This document shows positions 1-8,250 of a stretch of 64,000 nucleotides of DNA, piece after piece. The notes below the pieces were generated by a model. It was not told where the DNA came from, ran no database searches, and was given only the letters and a program-made list of their open reading frames with translations. Source of the stretch: an uncultured Planctomycetales bacterium (GTDB lineage Bacteria; Omnitrophota; Gorgyraeia; Zapsychrales; JAHFFX01); the NCBI GenBank assembly GCA_964612665.1, contig CAZTCI010000003.1, positions 272,273 to 336,272 on the forward strand, given 5' to 3'. Numbering within the stretch: the first letter of the stretch is position 1; every line of letters begins with the position of its first letter. The position numbers were made by a program, and so were the translations under genes.

Positions 1-638
1 CCCTGAGCATGAGCGCTTTTTCGTAGACTGGTTTGTTGCTCGTGACAATCATGCCTCCGTCGCCAAACGCTCCCAAACTTTTGGTGGGATAAAAACTAAA
101 GCAAGACACATCACCGAGCGAACCGATCTTCTTTCCCTTATACGTGGCGCCGTGGGCTTGGGCGGCGTCTTCAACGACTTTAATTTTATGCTGTCGAGCG
201 ATTTTTGTGACCGCGTCCATATCACCGGCTTGTCCGTAAATATGAACCGGAATAATCGCTTTAGTTTTTTTAGTGATAAGTTTCTCTAATTTCGAAGGGG
301 CCAAATTATAAGTCGATGTTTCCACATCACAAAAAACCGGCGTGGCGCCGGTAAAAGAAACACAAAGCGCGGTCGCGATAAACGTAAATGTCGGCAAAAT
401 GACTTCATCGCCGGGACCGATATCCAAACTCGCCATCGCCAAATACAAAGCATCCGTACCGGAATTCACGCCGACGCCGTATTGCGCGCCGCAATAACGC
501 GAAAAGTCCGTTTCAAAATCCTTTTCTTCCTGCCCTAAAATAAAATTGCCTTTTTCAAAGACCTGTGCGAGCCCGGCGTTCACTTCATTTTTAATCGTTT
601 CATACTGCTCTTTAAAATCAATGAATTGCACATTCATA
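1..638 (-). CDS. DegT/DnrJ/EryC1/StrS-family PLP-dependent sugar aminotransferase. The N-terminal ~212 aa are present and the C-terminus runs off the window start.
   Basis: Manual translation of the minus strand from the ATG at 638 gives MNVQFIDFKEQYETIKNEVNAGLAQVFEKGNFILGQEEKDF...GVNSGTDALYLA...AIIPVHIYGQAGDMDAV...VVEDAAQAHGATYKGKKIGSLGDVSCFSFYPTKSLGAFGDGG. These are hallmark DegT motifs. A GGAAAGG ribosome-binding site sits about 9 nt upstream. Confidence 0.7.
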
Positions 639-666
639 AATGTCAAACACCTTTCCTTGTTGTCAA

Positions 667-759
667 TTACTGACTTTTGCATTGCAAAAGTCTAGTACTA
701 GGCCTTTTCTCCCTGAGAATGATAGAGCAACCTTATCTTTGGGAAAGAAAAGGCCAGTA
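667..759. repeat. 93-bp structured MITE-like element, copy 1 (intergenic).
   Basis: About 93% identical to 38987-39079. It contains the perfect palindrome GACTTTTGCATTGCAAAAGTC and a long stem GGCCTTTTCTCCC...GGGAAAGAAAAGGCC. Confidence 0.85.
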
Positions 760-766
760 AGAGAGA

Positions 767-843
767 TAACACAGATTAGAAAAAAGATTACACAGATCTA
801 AAAGTGCGGAATATCTGTGTAATCAAAATAAAATCTGTGCAAT
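767..843. promoter_or_regulatory. Array of four 11-bp sites (two TNACACAGAT followed by two inverted ATCTGTGNAAT) upstream of the partial DegT gene.
   Basis: Sites lie at 767-777, 788-798, 813-823 and 833-843, spaced about 20-21 bp apart, with a nested inverted-repeat arrangement. Confidence 0.5.
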
Positions 844-846
844 CAT

Positions 847-1932
847 TTAATTATTCTTTAAAACAGTTTGAATTCGCTCAAAAACCTCATCAACGTCCAA
901 CTGATTCAAACAACTAATATGTTCACAGTGCGCCCGACGGAAATTACGGTAACACGGGCGGCACATGATGTTCTTAGTGACGGTGATGTGTTTGGATTGA
1001 GGCATCCAAGGGCCATAAACTTGTTCATCAACCGGCCCAAAAATAGAAACAGTCTTAACACCGGCCGCAACCGCCACATGCAGCGGCCCGCCGTCATTCA
1101 CAATGCACAGCGTGCAGCGTTTTAAATACGCGGCCATTTGTAAAATGGTTGACGTACCGCTCATATCAAAGACCGGGCGCGTTACCAGGCTGGCCACCCG
1201 ACGACAAAGTTCTTTTTCCTTCAGGTCACCCATTAGTATAATTTCGACATTTAATTTTTCAATAATTTTATCGGCTAATTTTGCGTATTTTTCGGGCGGC
1301 CAGCGCTTAAAAGAAGCGTCCTTCCCCCAGCTGGCCCCTCCGCCGGGAATAAACGCGACTAAATTTTTAGGACCGGCCAATTTAAAATTCTTAAAAAACG
1401 CCTCAGCGGATTCTTGTTCGGATGTCGGAACAAAAATTTCAAGAGGGTGTTTCTTAACCGTCAGCCCTAACGTTTCAAGCAAACCCAGATAAAATTCGAC
1501 CACATGCTCGCTTTCATACCCTTTTAGTTCAACCGGCTTATTCAAAAATGGACTGCGGCCTTTATAGTTGAAGCCGACGCGCAGAGGAATCCCAATCGCC
1601 CACATAAAAAAGCTGGCGTAACTGTTTAAAGAAAGATCAATGACCAGATCGAACTTTTCTCGACGGATTTCGGCCAACGCATTCAACATTTTTTTTAAAA
1701 ACTGCGGTTTGGATTTTATATAAACAGCGATAAATTCATCCCGTTCATAAACGAAAACTTGATTCACTTGAGGATGCTGCCGCAATAAATCCGCGGTCCT
1801 GGCGTTGGCCAGATAAGCAATGGTGCAGTGAGGGAAATGATCTTTAAGATTACGAATGATCGGCGTTGTAAAAAGCACATCGCCTATTCCGAAGATATTG
1901 ATGATCAAAATCTTGGACGAAGGTTTTAGCAT
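847..1932 (-). CDS. Glycosyltransferase family 9 (ADP-heptose:LPS heptosyltransferase-like) with an unusual Cys/His-rich C-terminal tail.
   Basis: The ORF-track protein shows the GT9 pattern (ILIINIFGIGDVLFTTP ... DGGPLHVAVAAGVKTVSIFGP). I moved the start to the internal ATG (MLKPSSKILII) at 1932, which abuts the stop of the upstream gene at 1934. The tail CRPCYRNFRRAHCEHISC is not typical of this family. Confidence 0.7.
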   Translation of the reverse strand: MLKPSSKILIINIFGIGDVLFTTPIIRNLKDHFPHCTIAYLANARTADLLRQHPQVNQVFVYERDEFIAVYIKSKPQFLKKMLNALAEIRREKFDLVIDLSLNSYASFFMWAIGIPLRVGFNYKGRSPFLNKPVELKGYESEHVVEFYLGLLETLGLTVKKHPLEIFVPTSEQESAEAFFKNFKLAGPKNLVAFIPGGGASWGKDASFKRWPPEKYAKLADKIIEKLNVEIILMGDLKEKELCRRVASLVTRPVFDMSGTSTILQMAAYLKRCTLCIVNDGGPLHVAVAAGVKTVSIFGPVDEQVYGPWMPQSKHITVTKNIMCRPCYRNFRRAHCEHISCLNQLDVDEVFERIQTVLKNN

Positions 1933-1933
1933 G

Positions 1934-3016
1934 TTAAGATTTGGGCGAGCGAATGGCCTCAGGACGGTTATGTTTTTTAAGAAAATCCACAACCTCTTTG
2001 ATTTTTTGGGAAAGGTCCGTGCGGCAGATGAGAAGCGCGTCAGGCGTGTCGACGACAGTGACATTCTCTAGACCAATCGCGGCGATAAACCGTTTGTTAC
2101 CTTGAATCAATGTTTGCTTACAATCGATTTGAAAAATATCGCCTTTAAGCGCGTTGGTATTCTGATCTTTAGGCAAGACTTCCGCCAGCGCCTGCCAGCT
2201 TCCGAGATCCAACCAGCCGATATCTGATGCTGGAACAGTTGCACCTTTATCCGATTTTTCTAAAATGCCATAGTCGATTGAGATCGATGGTAACTTCGGC
2301 CAAATTTTCTTAGCATAAGCTGCGTCATCGCGGTCGCGAAACGCCATAAAAAGATCCGGCAGGAATCGTTTAAATTCGTCCAAAATCACAGAAACCTTCC
2401 AAATAAAAATGCCGCTGTTCCATAAATAATTTTTGGATTTAACAAACCGCTGGGCGGTTTTAAGCGGCGGCTTTTCGGTGAACTTCTCAACTTTCCAAAT
2501 GATTTCTCCCTGCCATTTTATTTTTTTTGTTTTAAGGTAACCATAACCTGTCTCCGGACGTGTCGGCACCAGGCCCATCGTGACGAGGAAACCTTCCTTC
2601 GCCAGGATTCTGGTTTGATTCAAAACCGTTAAGAAAGATTTTTCTTTTAAAATCAAATGGTCCGACGGCAAAATCGCCATAACCGCTTCTTTATCCCGGC
2701 GGTAAATTCGGGCCGCGACCCAGGCGATTGCGGGCGCAGTATTTTTACCTTGAGGTTCTAATAAGATATTTTCAGAAGGAATTTTAAAATTCTTAAGCTG
2801 GCTTGTGACCTGCGGTTTATAGCGCTCGTTCGTGACGATATAAACATTTTCAGAATGAACGATTGATTCAATCCGGCGCAGGGTTTGCTGAAGCAGGCTC
2901 AAATTTCCGGCGATATTCAGAAACTGTTTGGGTTCTTCCTGACGGCTAAGCGGCCAGAAGCGCGTCCCGGAGCCGCCGGCGAGGATAACGATATAAAATT
3001 TATTGTCTTTACTCAT
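1934..3016 (-). CDS. Mannose-1-phosphate guanylyltransferase-like NDP-sugar pyrophosphorylase with no cupin/PMI domain.
   Basis: The N-terminus MSKDNKFYIVILAGGSGTRFWPLSRQEEPKQFL carries the G-rich nucleotidyltransferase loop typical of ManC/RfbM-type enzymes. The protein is 360 aa. Confidence 0.7.
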   Translation of the reverse strand: MSKDNKFYIVILAGGSGTRFWPLSRQEEPKQFLNIAGNLSLLQQTLRRIESIVHSENVYIVTNERYKPQVTSQLKNFKIPSENILLEPQGKNTAPAIAWVAARIYRRDKEAVMAILPSDHLILKEKSFLTVLNQTRILAKEGFLVTMGLVPTRPETGYGYLKTKKIKWQGEIIWKVEKFTEKPPLKTAQRFVKSKNYLWNSGIFIWKVSVILDEFKRFLPDLFMAFRDRDDAAYAKKIWPKLPSISIDYGILEKSDKGATVPASDIGWLDLGSWQALAEVLPKDQNTNALKGDIFQIDCKQTLIQGNKRFIAAIGLENVTVVDTPDALLICRTDLSQKIKEVVDFLKKHNRPEAIRSPKS

Positions 3017-3020
3017 GTTT

Positions 3021-3067
3021 CCTTAGTAGAGAGGCGCACTCTCTACTTTCTACTCTCTCCTCTACTC
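3021..3067. repeat. GAGAGTAGA-unit hairpin repeat, truncated copy.
   Basis: AGTAGAGAG-GCGC-ACTCTCTACTTTCTACTCTCTCCTCTACTC. Its right arm is shared with the other copies, while the loop is reduced to GCGC. Confidence 0.7.
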
Positions 3068-3904
3068 TATCTTATGTTTTATCCGCTTAAAAGTCTTCCA
3101 CCTGAGTTTAAATATACAACCCGGATGCCACCAAAATCTTTTTCGAATTGACTTCAAATCCTCCTGACTTAAAGCGTGCGCCTCAACCCGTTCTTTCATG
3201 ACCGTCGGATGCGTCCCGAAATAAACCGCGAACCGGTTTAAATCGCCGTAGCTATAATTTTTATCCCGCTCTTCTGGCTTTAACTGGACGAACCCGATCT
3301 TCTCCGCGTTCAAACGTCTTTGCTGCATGACCGTCGGCGAATGGACCCAGCCGTAGTGATACAAAAGGCATCCCGTATTTTTCCGTCGAAGCGGCGCGTT
3401 ATCTTTTCGTTTAAATGCCCACGCATCGCCGAAAGATTCAATCGTTCCATTATTCCGCACAATCCGATCCTGTTTTTGATACCAACCGTGATCAACGCGG
3501 TAACGGAAAAAACTTCCATAAAAATGCAGCCAGGAAAAACGCAGTGCATCAATAGTTGTATCATGGCAATGATGCTTCATCAACCGATAAAGCTTCGATA
3601 AATCATCCTCATGAATCACTTCATCCGACTGCAGATAAAACGCCCAGTCACCGCGGCATTCTTTTAGAGCACAATTCGTTTGATAAGACAAAATTTCTTT
3701 GCCCATCGACATATCCCAACGCGTTTGAATGATACGGATCTTGGGATTGTTCAAGGATTCGATTAAAGCAAGCGTATTATCGTCGCTGTCACCGACATTA
3801 ACCACAAATTCATCACAGATAGGCAGAATAGATTTAATGGATTCGAGAATGGGATAATCGAAAGTAACGGCGTTGCGGGCAATTGTAAATCCGGATATTT
3901 TCAT
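3062..3904 (-). CDS. Glycosyltransferase family 2-like.
   Basis: 280 aa. N-terminal GT-A-like segment (GFTIARNAVTFDYPILESIKSILPICDEFVVNVGDSDDNT), with a DxD-like motif. Confidence 0.55.
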   Translation of the reverse strand: MKISGFTIARNAVTFDYPILESIKSILPICDEFVVNVGDSDDNTLALIESLNNPKIRIIQTRWDMSMGKEILSYQTNCALKECRGDWAFYLQSDEVIHEDDLSKLYRLMKHHCHDTTIDALRFSWLHFYGSFFRYRVDHGWYQKQDRIVRNNGTIESFGDAWAFKRKDNAPLRRKNTGCLLYHYGWVHSPTVMQQRRLNAEKIGFVQLKPEERDKNYSYGDLNRFAVYFGTHPTVMKERVEAHALSQEDLKSIRKRFWWHPGCIFKLRWKTFKRIKHKIE

Positions 3905-3959
3905 TTTATAGTTCGCAGTTGGAGTCGTAGTTCGCAGCCAATTCTCCTACGAGCTACGA

Positions 3960-5072
3960 CTACGAACCATGAACTTCTTTGTATACCTCAAGCGTCTGCC
4001 GGGCGGTTTGCGCGAATGAAAAGTCACCCGCGCGTTTAAAACCTTTTTCACGCAGAGTCCGACGGAGATCATCATTATGCAAAATGCGCGCAATCGCCTG
4101 CGCAATAGCATCGATATCGTTCGGATTGACCTTCAAAGCCGCTTCGCCGGCGATTTCACTGCAAGAGGAAACATTCGACGTCACAACCGGCAACCCGCAA
4201 TTAAACGCTTCCACAATCGGAAAACCAAACCCTTCATAAAAAGAAGGAAACACAAAAACTTGGGCTTTATTGTAAAAATAACGAAGTTCCTGATTGCTCA
4301 AAAATCCCAGAAATAACACATGGTTCTTTAAGCCGAGATCGTTAACCAAGGTATTAAGCGGGTCGTTCATCCATCCCTTCATACCGATCAAAACCAGTTT
4401 TCCTGAAAATTTTTTGCGGTTTCGAAGAAGTTCGTACGCTTTTAAAAGATTTTCCAGATTCTTGCGCGGCTCAATTGTTCCCACAAAAAGAAGAAACTGC
4501 TCGTCGATACCTTTGGAAGCGATCGCACTTTCAGCCATCGCATCTTCGCTCTCGCCGATCGGATAAAATTCATTTTTATTCACACCTTGATAAATCATGA
4601 CAGTCTTTTTACGTTCGATGGAAAAATAATTTGTCAAGTCATCGATGGTGCTTTGGGAACAACAGATAATCTTGGCCGCCCGTTTAATAATGGCCTGCAT
4701 CTGGCGTTCAGTCGTCTTAATCGTTTGACTGGTATGAACTTTGGGGAAGGCTTTAAAAACAAGATCGTGGACAGTGACCACAACTTTGGACGTTTTAACT
4801 TCAATATCTTCTGGACTGGGGGCGTGATAAATATCAAAAGGGCCAGTGGTTTCTTCAACGCCGCGGTTAAAACGGTCCACTTTCACAAAAAAATTCTTGG
4901 CGGGCGGCCGCGGCACGCGCCGACGGATATTAAATAAATTTTTAGCCGTATAAAGAAGATATTCATTTTGCTGATCAATAACAGAAAGACTTTGAATCAG
5001 CTGGCTCGTGTAACGGCCGATGCCGGTGTAGTTTTTGTTGAGGAAGGAACGGCAATTGATGGCTATGCGCAT
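3960..5072 (-). CDS. Glycosyltransferase family 4 (GT-B fold).
   Basis: Contains the GT4 motif EGFGFPIVEAFNCGLPVVTS. The ORF-track start at 5123 is TTG and its extension overlaps an AT-rich repeat beginning near 5096. I chose the ATG for MRIAINCRSFLNK (5072), which is a typical GT4 N-terminus. Confidence 0.75.
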   Translation of the reverse strand: MRIAINCRSFLNKNYTGIGRYTSQLIQSLSVIDQQNEYLLYTAKNLFNIRRRVPRPPAKNFFVKVDRFNRGVEETTGPFDIYHAPSPEDIEVKTSKVVVTVHDLVFKAFPKVHTSQTIKTTERQMQAIIKRAAKIICCSQSTIDDLTNYFSIERKKTVMIYQGVNKNEFYPIGESEDAMAESAIASKGIDEQFLLFVGTIEPRKNLENLLKAYELLRNRKKFSGKLVLIGMKGWMNDPLNTLVNDLGLKNHVLFLGFLSNQELRYFYNKAQVFVFPSFYEGFGFPIVEAFNCGLPVVTSNVSSCSEIAGEAALKVNPNDIDAIAQAIARILHNDDLRRTLREKGFKRAGDFSFAQTARQTLEVYKEVHGS

Positions 5073-5095
5073 AACTCGTTTAAAGCTCCAATAAT

Positions 5096-5215
5096 CAAGC
5101 ACCAAATCCCAAATAAATTCCAAACATCAATTTCCAATATATGAAACCGTTTGTTTATTGGAATTTGGACATTGAATATTATTTGTAATTTAGTGCTTGG
5201 AGTTTAGAATTTAAT
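5096..5215. repeat. AT-rich ~120-bp intergenic repeat, copy A.
   Basis: It begins CAAGCACCAA and ends TATTTGTAATTTAGTGCTTGGAGTTTAGAATTTAATT, paralleling 62867-62988. Confidence 0.75.
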
Positions 5216-6427
5216 TTATCTTAATCCTTTATTCTTAAGAAATTTCCTGATCGTATCAATAGCATAATCCAAATCCGCGATCTCTAAATCCTGATGCACG
5301 CCGATGTGACAGCCATGATTTCCAAAATATTCTGCGTTGGGAAAATCACCCAGCTTGTAACCCAAAAATTTGTAGCTTTCGGTCTGCGTCGGCATTGAAT
5401 AAAAAAGATTGCGGGAATCAACGCCGTTGGATTCGATATAATTTACAAACTCATCCTTCGTGAACGGCATTCCTTCACGCAATGTAATCGGAAAAGCGTG
5501 CGGGCCTAACTTTTCGTGGGCTTCTTCTTTGATCGAAAAGAAATATTTGTCAAATTGCTTAAATTGTTCGATCAAATACAGCATATTCCGTCGACGGCGG
5601 CTTAAGATACTGTGAAAAATTTTTATGTTACCCAATCCCACAGCCGCCTCAATCTCATTCATTTTGGCCGAAAAGCCTATCCTTTTAAAAACAAACTTCT
5701 CAACCATCCCATGGTTGCGCAAAGATCTTAGGGCTTCGGCTAATTGGGGATTACTCGTCAGGGTAATTCCGCCTTCAATCGTCGTGATAATATGCGCCGC
5801 GTAAAGACTGAAGGCCGCCATGTCGCCGATTGAACCGATCTTGCGTCCTTTATATTCGGCGCCGTGGGCTTCGGCCGCGTCTTCAATAACGGAAAGTTTA
5901 TATTTTCTCGCAATCGCTAAAATCTCATCCATGGCCGCGGGCTTGCCCATCAAATGTACGAGCATAATCCCTCGCGTCTTTTTAGTAATCACCCGTTCGA
6001 TGCCTTTCGGGTCGATGTTAAGTGTTGTCCGTTCCACATCGACGAAAACAGGTTTAAAACCCGCCTGAAAAACCGAATTGCCCGTCGCCACAAAAGATAA
6101 CGCCGGCACAATGATTTCATCCCCGCGTTCAGCCCCTAAATCATAAAGCGCCGCCAGCGACAACGCATCCGCATCCGTGCCGCTGCTGACCGCGACGGCG
6201 TACTTCACGCCAAAAAGCGCCGCAAATTTTTCTTCAAATTCCTGGACGTATTGTCCTTTGGTGACCCATTTCGAATCCAAAATTTTTTCAATAAGGGCAC
6301 GCGCGTCGTCGGTAATGGAAACCGTTCCAAATGGAACGCGGAAATTCGCTTTGTGTTTATTTTTAGCGGAAGGCCCGGAAGAAGGCAAATTTTTCTTTTT
6401 GGGAGTAACAGTTTTAACGGGGACCAC
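5216..6427 (-). CDS. DegT/DnrJ/EryC1/StrS-family PLP-dependent sugar aminotransferase.
   Basis: 403 aa. Motifs: WVTKGQYVQEFEEKFAALFG, DEIIVPALSFVATGNSV, GDFPNAEYFGNHGCHIG. The ORF-track start is GTG with a Lys-rich N-terminal extension, so the exact start is uncertain. Confidence 0.8.
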   Translation of the reverse strand: MVPVKTVTPKKKNLPSSGPSAKNKHKANFRVPFGTVSITDDARALIEKILDSKWVTKGQYVQEFEEKFAALFGVKYAVAVSSGTDADALSLAALYDLGAERGDEIIVPALSFVATGNSVFQAGFKPVFVDVERTTLNIDPKGIERVITKKTRGIMLVHLMGKPAAMDEILAIARKYKLSVIEDAAEAHGAEYKGRKIGSIGDMAAFSLYAAHIITTIEGGITLTSNPQLAEALRSLRNHGMVEKFVFKRIGFSAKMNEIEAAVGLGNIKIFHSILSRRRRNMLYLIEQFKQFDKYFFSIKEEAHEKLGPHAFPITLREGMPFTKDEFVNYIESNGVDSRNLFYSMPTQTESYKFLGYKLGDFPNAEYFGNHGCHIGVHQDLEIADLDYAIDTIRKFLKNKGLR

Positions 6428-6429
6428 GT

Positions 6430-7158
6430 CTATCCTTTCTTAAGATTCTCTTTAGCACGGTTATAACGTTCAGGTGTTCCGATATCGGTAAAAGATTGAT
6501 CGACGACAAATCCAAAAATCTCTTTATCTAAAATCTTAGGAAACACATCTATTTCCAGCGAGAACTTCTCTCCCGCCGGCAGGAGTTTAAAAATTTCTTG
6601 TGAAAAACAATAAATGCCGGCGTTTAAATAAAGCGACGATGGGCCAAATGCAGCCTCGGCATCATTCGAAACTTTTTCTAAAAAATTCCGAACTCTGTTC
6701 CCACCGTCGATGACAACCGAACCAAAATCCTTTTTTGTTTCCGCCTGCGAAAGAACTAACGACCCCCAGGCTTTTTTATCCTGATAAAATTTTAAGTACG
6801 CTTTAAAATCAACCGGACAAAACGAATCGCCGTTCATGATGAGAAAGGGATTTGTTTTGAGCAAGCCTTTAGCGTTCTTAACGGCACCGCCGGTTCCCAA
6901 TGGCATAAGCTCGACGGAAAATTCGATATCAATTTTCAAAGACTGCTTGCGGTAATATTCTTTAATGATATCAGCTTTGTATCCGGCCAAAAGAACAATC
7001 CGGCGAGCTCCCTGCCGGATCAAATCTTCCAGAATAATATCTAAAAACGGCCGGTCTTGCACCGTCGCCATGACTTTAGGAAATTCGCCGATTGCAGGAC
7101 GCAAGCGTTCGCCGAGTCCTCCGCAGAGAATGGCTATGTCTATTTTGCTGAGATTCAA
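6430..7158 (-). CDS. Sugar-1-phosphate nucleotidyltransferase, HddC-like (D-glycero-alpha-D-manno-heptose 1-phosphate guanylyltransferase family).
   Basis: 242 aa. The N-terminal LCGGLGERLRP glycine-rich loop is present. Its size and its pairing with the adjacent GHMP kinase match hddC. It appears to start at TTG. Confidence 0.6.
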   Translation of the reverse strand: MNLSKIDIAILCGGLGERLRPAIGEFPKVMATVQDRPFLDIILEDLIRQGARRIVLLAGYKADIIKEYYRKQSLKIDIEFSVELMPLGTGGAVKNAKGLLKTNPFLIMNGDSFCPVDFKAYLKFYQDKKAWGSLVLSQAETKKDFGSVVIDGGNRVRNFLEKVSNDAEAAFGPSSLYLNAGIYCFSQEIFKLLPAGEKFSLEIDVFPKILDKEIFGFVVDQSFTDIGTPERYNRAKENLKKG

Positions 7159-7170
7159 GACGCATTTATT

Positions 7171-7251
7171 TAAAGGAGAGAGTAGAAAGTAGAGAGGAGA
7201 GAGTAATACAAAAATTGCTGACTCTCTACTTTCTACTCTCTCCTCTCTACT
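7171..7251. repeat. GAGAGTAGA-unit hairpin repeat, full copy.
   Basis: Arms built from GAGAGTAG/CTACTCTC units flank the loop AATACAAAAATTGCTG. Related copies lie at 12985-13053 and, truncated, at 3021-3067. Confidence 0.8.
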
Positions 7252-8250
7252 CTAAAAGACCTTCCCCGAATTAGGTTGATAAAAAATAATCTGGCTTCCC
7301 AAATCTTCAAAACGGAATGGAATTTCCAAGAATTCTTTCAAGACCGAGCGGATTTTCGGCTGTCTTTCCGGCGGGGCAAAGACCAAGACAAAGCCGCCGC
7401 CGCCAGCTCCCAATAGTTTTCCACCGACGGCCCCAGCTCCCCTAGCCTTCTCGTAAATGGCATCAATATAAGGATTAGAGATTTTGTCCGATAAACTACG
7501 CTTTAATTTCCAGCTTTCATGCAGAAGTCTGCCAAAATGAATAATGTTTTTGCCATTTAAAATATCAACAGCCTGGCGGGTCATTTCATACATTGTTAAA
7601 AGTTCTTTTTTCTTTTTAGGAATATTTTTGATTTGATGCGCGGCAATTTCAGAGGCCATGCGTGAAAATCCGGTAAAAAACATCATCAAATGACTTTGTA
7701 ATTCGCTTAACCGCTGGGCAGGGATCGTGACTTTGCGGACATGCAGATGATTATTGCCGCCGAATTCAATATAATTAAATCCGCCGAATGCCGCCAGCAC
7801 CTGATCCTGGCATCCGACGTTTTCTTTACATTTTTCCTGCTCGACGTAAATAGCTTCTTGGGCCAGGCGTTCTTTCGTCGGCATAATGCCTTTCAGCGCA
7901 TAAAGCCCATTTAAAAGTCCAACGGCAAAGGAAGAACTTGACCCCAACCCCGTACGGGCCGGCAGATCACCGTCGTGATGAATTTCAATCCCTTCTCTTA
8001 TTCTTAAAAATTTTAAGATTTCTCGTACTGCCGGATGGTCGATTTCATCAACGGTTTTAACGTGTTCCATTTTGGAATAAATAATGCGGGATTTATGATC
8101 AAAAAAAGGCGGCAGAAAACGGCAGGTAATGTAGCAATATTTGTCGATCGTGGTTGCGAGGACCGCTCCTTTATGTTCCTGAAACCACTTTGGATAATCA
8201 GTGCCTCCGCCGAAAAATGAAACCCGAAAAGGTGTGCGGCTTATGATCAT
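7252..8250 (-). CDS. GHMP-family sugar kinase, HddA-like (D-glycero-alpha-D-manno-heptose 7-phosphate kinase family).
   Basis: 332 aa. The N-terminus RTPFRVSFFGGGTDYPKWF and the GHMP motif PARTGLGSSSSFAVGLL are present. It overlaps the downstream gene by 4 bp. Confidence 0.7.
   Translation of the reverse strand: MIISRTPFRVSFFGGGTDYPKWFQEHKGAVLATTIDKYCYITCRFLPPFFDHKSRIIYSKMEHVKTVDEIDHPAVREILKFLRIREGIEIHHDGDLPARTGLGSSSSFAVGLLNGLYALKGIMPTKERLAQEAIYVEQEKCKENVGCQDQVLAAFGGFNYIEFGGNNHLHVRKVTIPAQRLSELQSHLMMFFTGFSRMASEIAAHQIKNIPKKKKELLTMYEMTRQAVDILNGKNIIHFGRLLHESWKLKRSLSDKISNPYIDAIYEKARGAGAVGGKLLGAGGGGFVLVFAPPERQPKIRSVLKEFLEIPFRFEDLGSQIIFYQPNSGKVF

Noticed and set aside
700-750. Possible TPP (THI-box) riboswitch in the 93-bp element, because of CTGAGA and AACCTTATCTTTGGGA-like strings.
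   Set aside because: It lacks the GGGG...CCC P2/P3 pairing and the conserved UACCC and GCCAGCG segments. The same sequence also occurs inside a coding region and is not upstream of any thiamine gene, so a MITE-like repeat is the better explanation.
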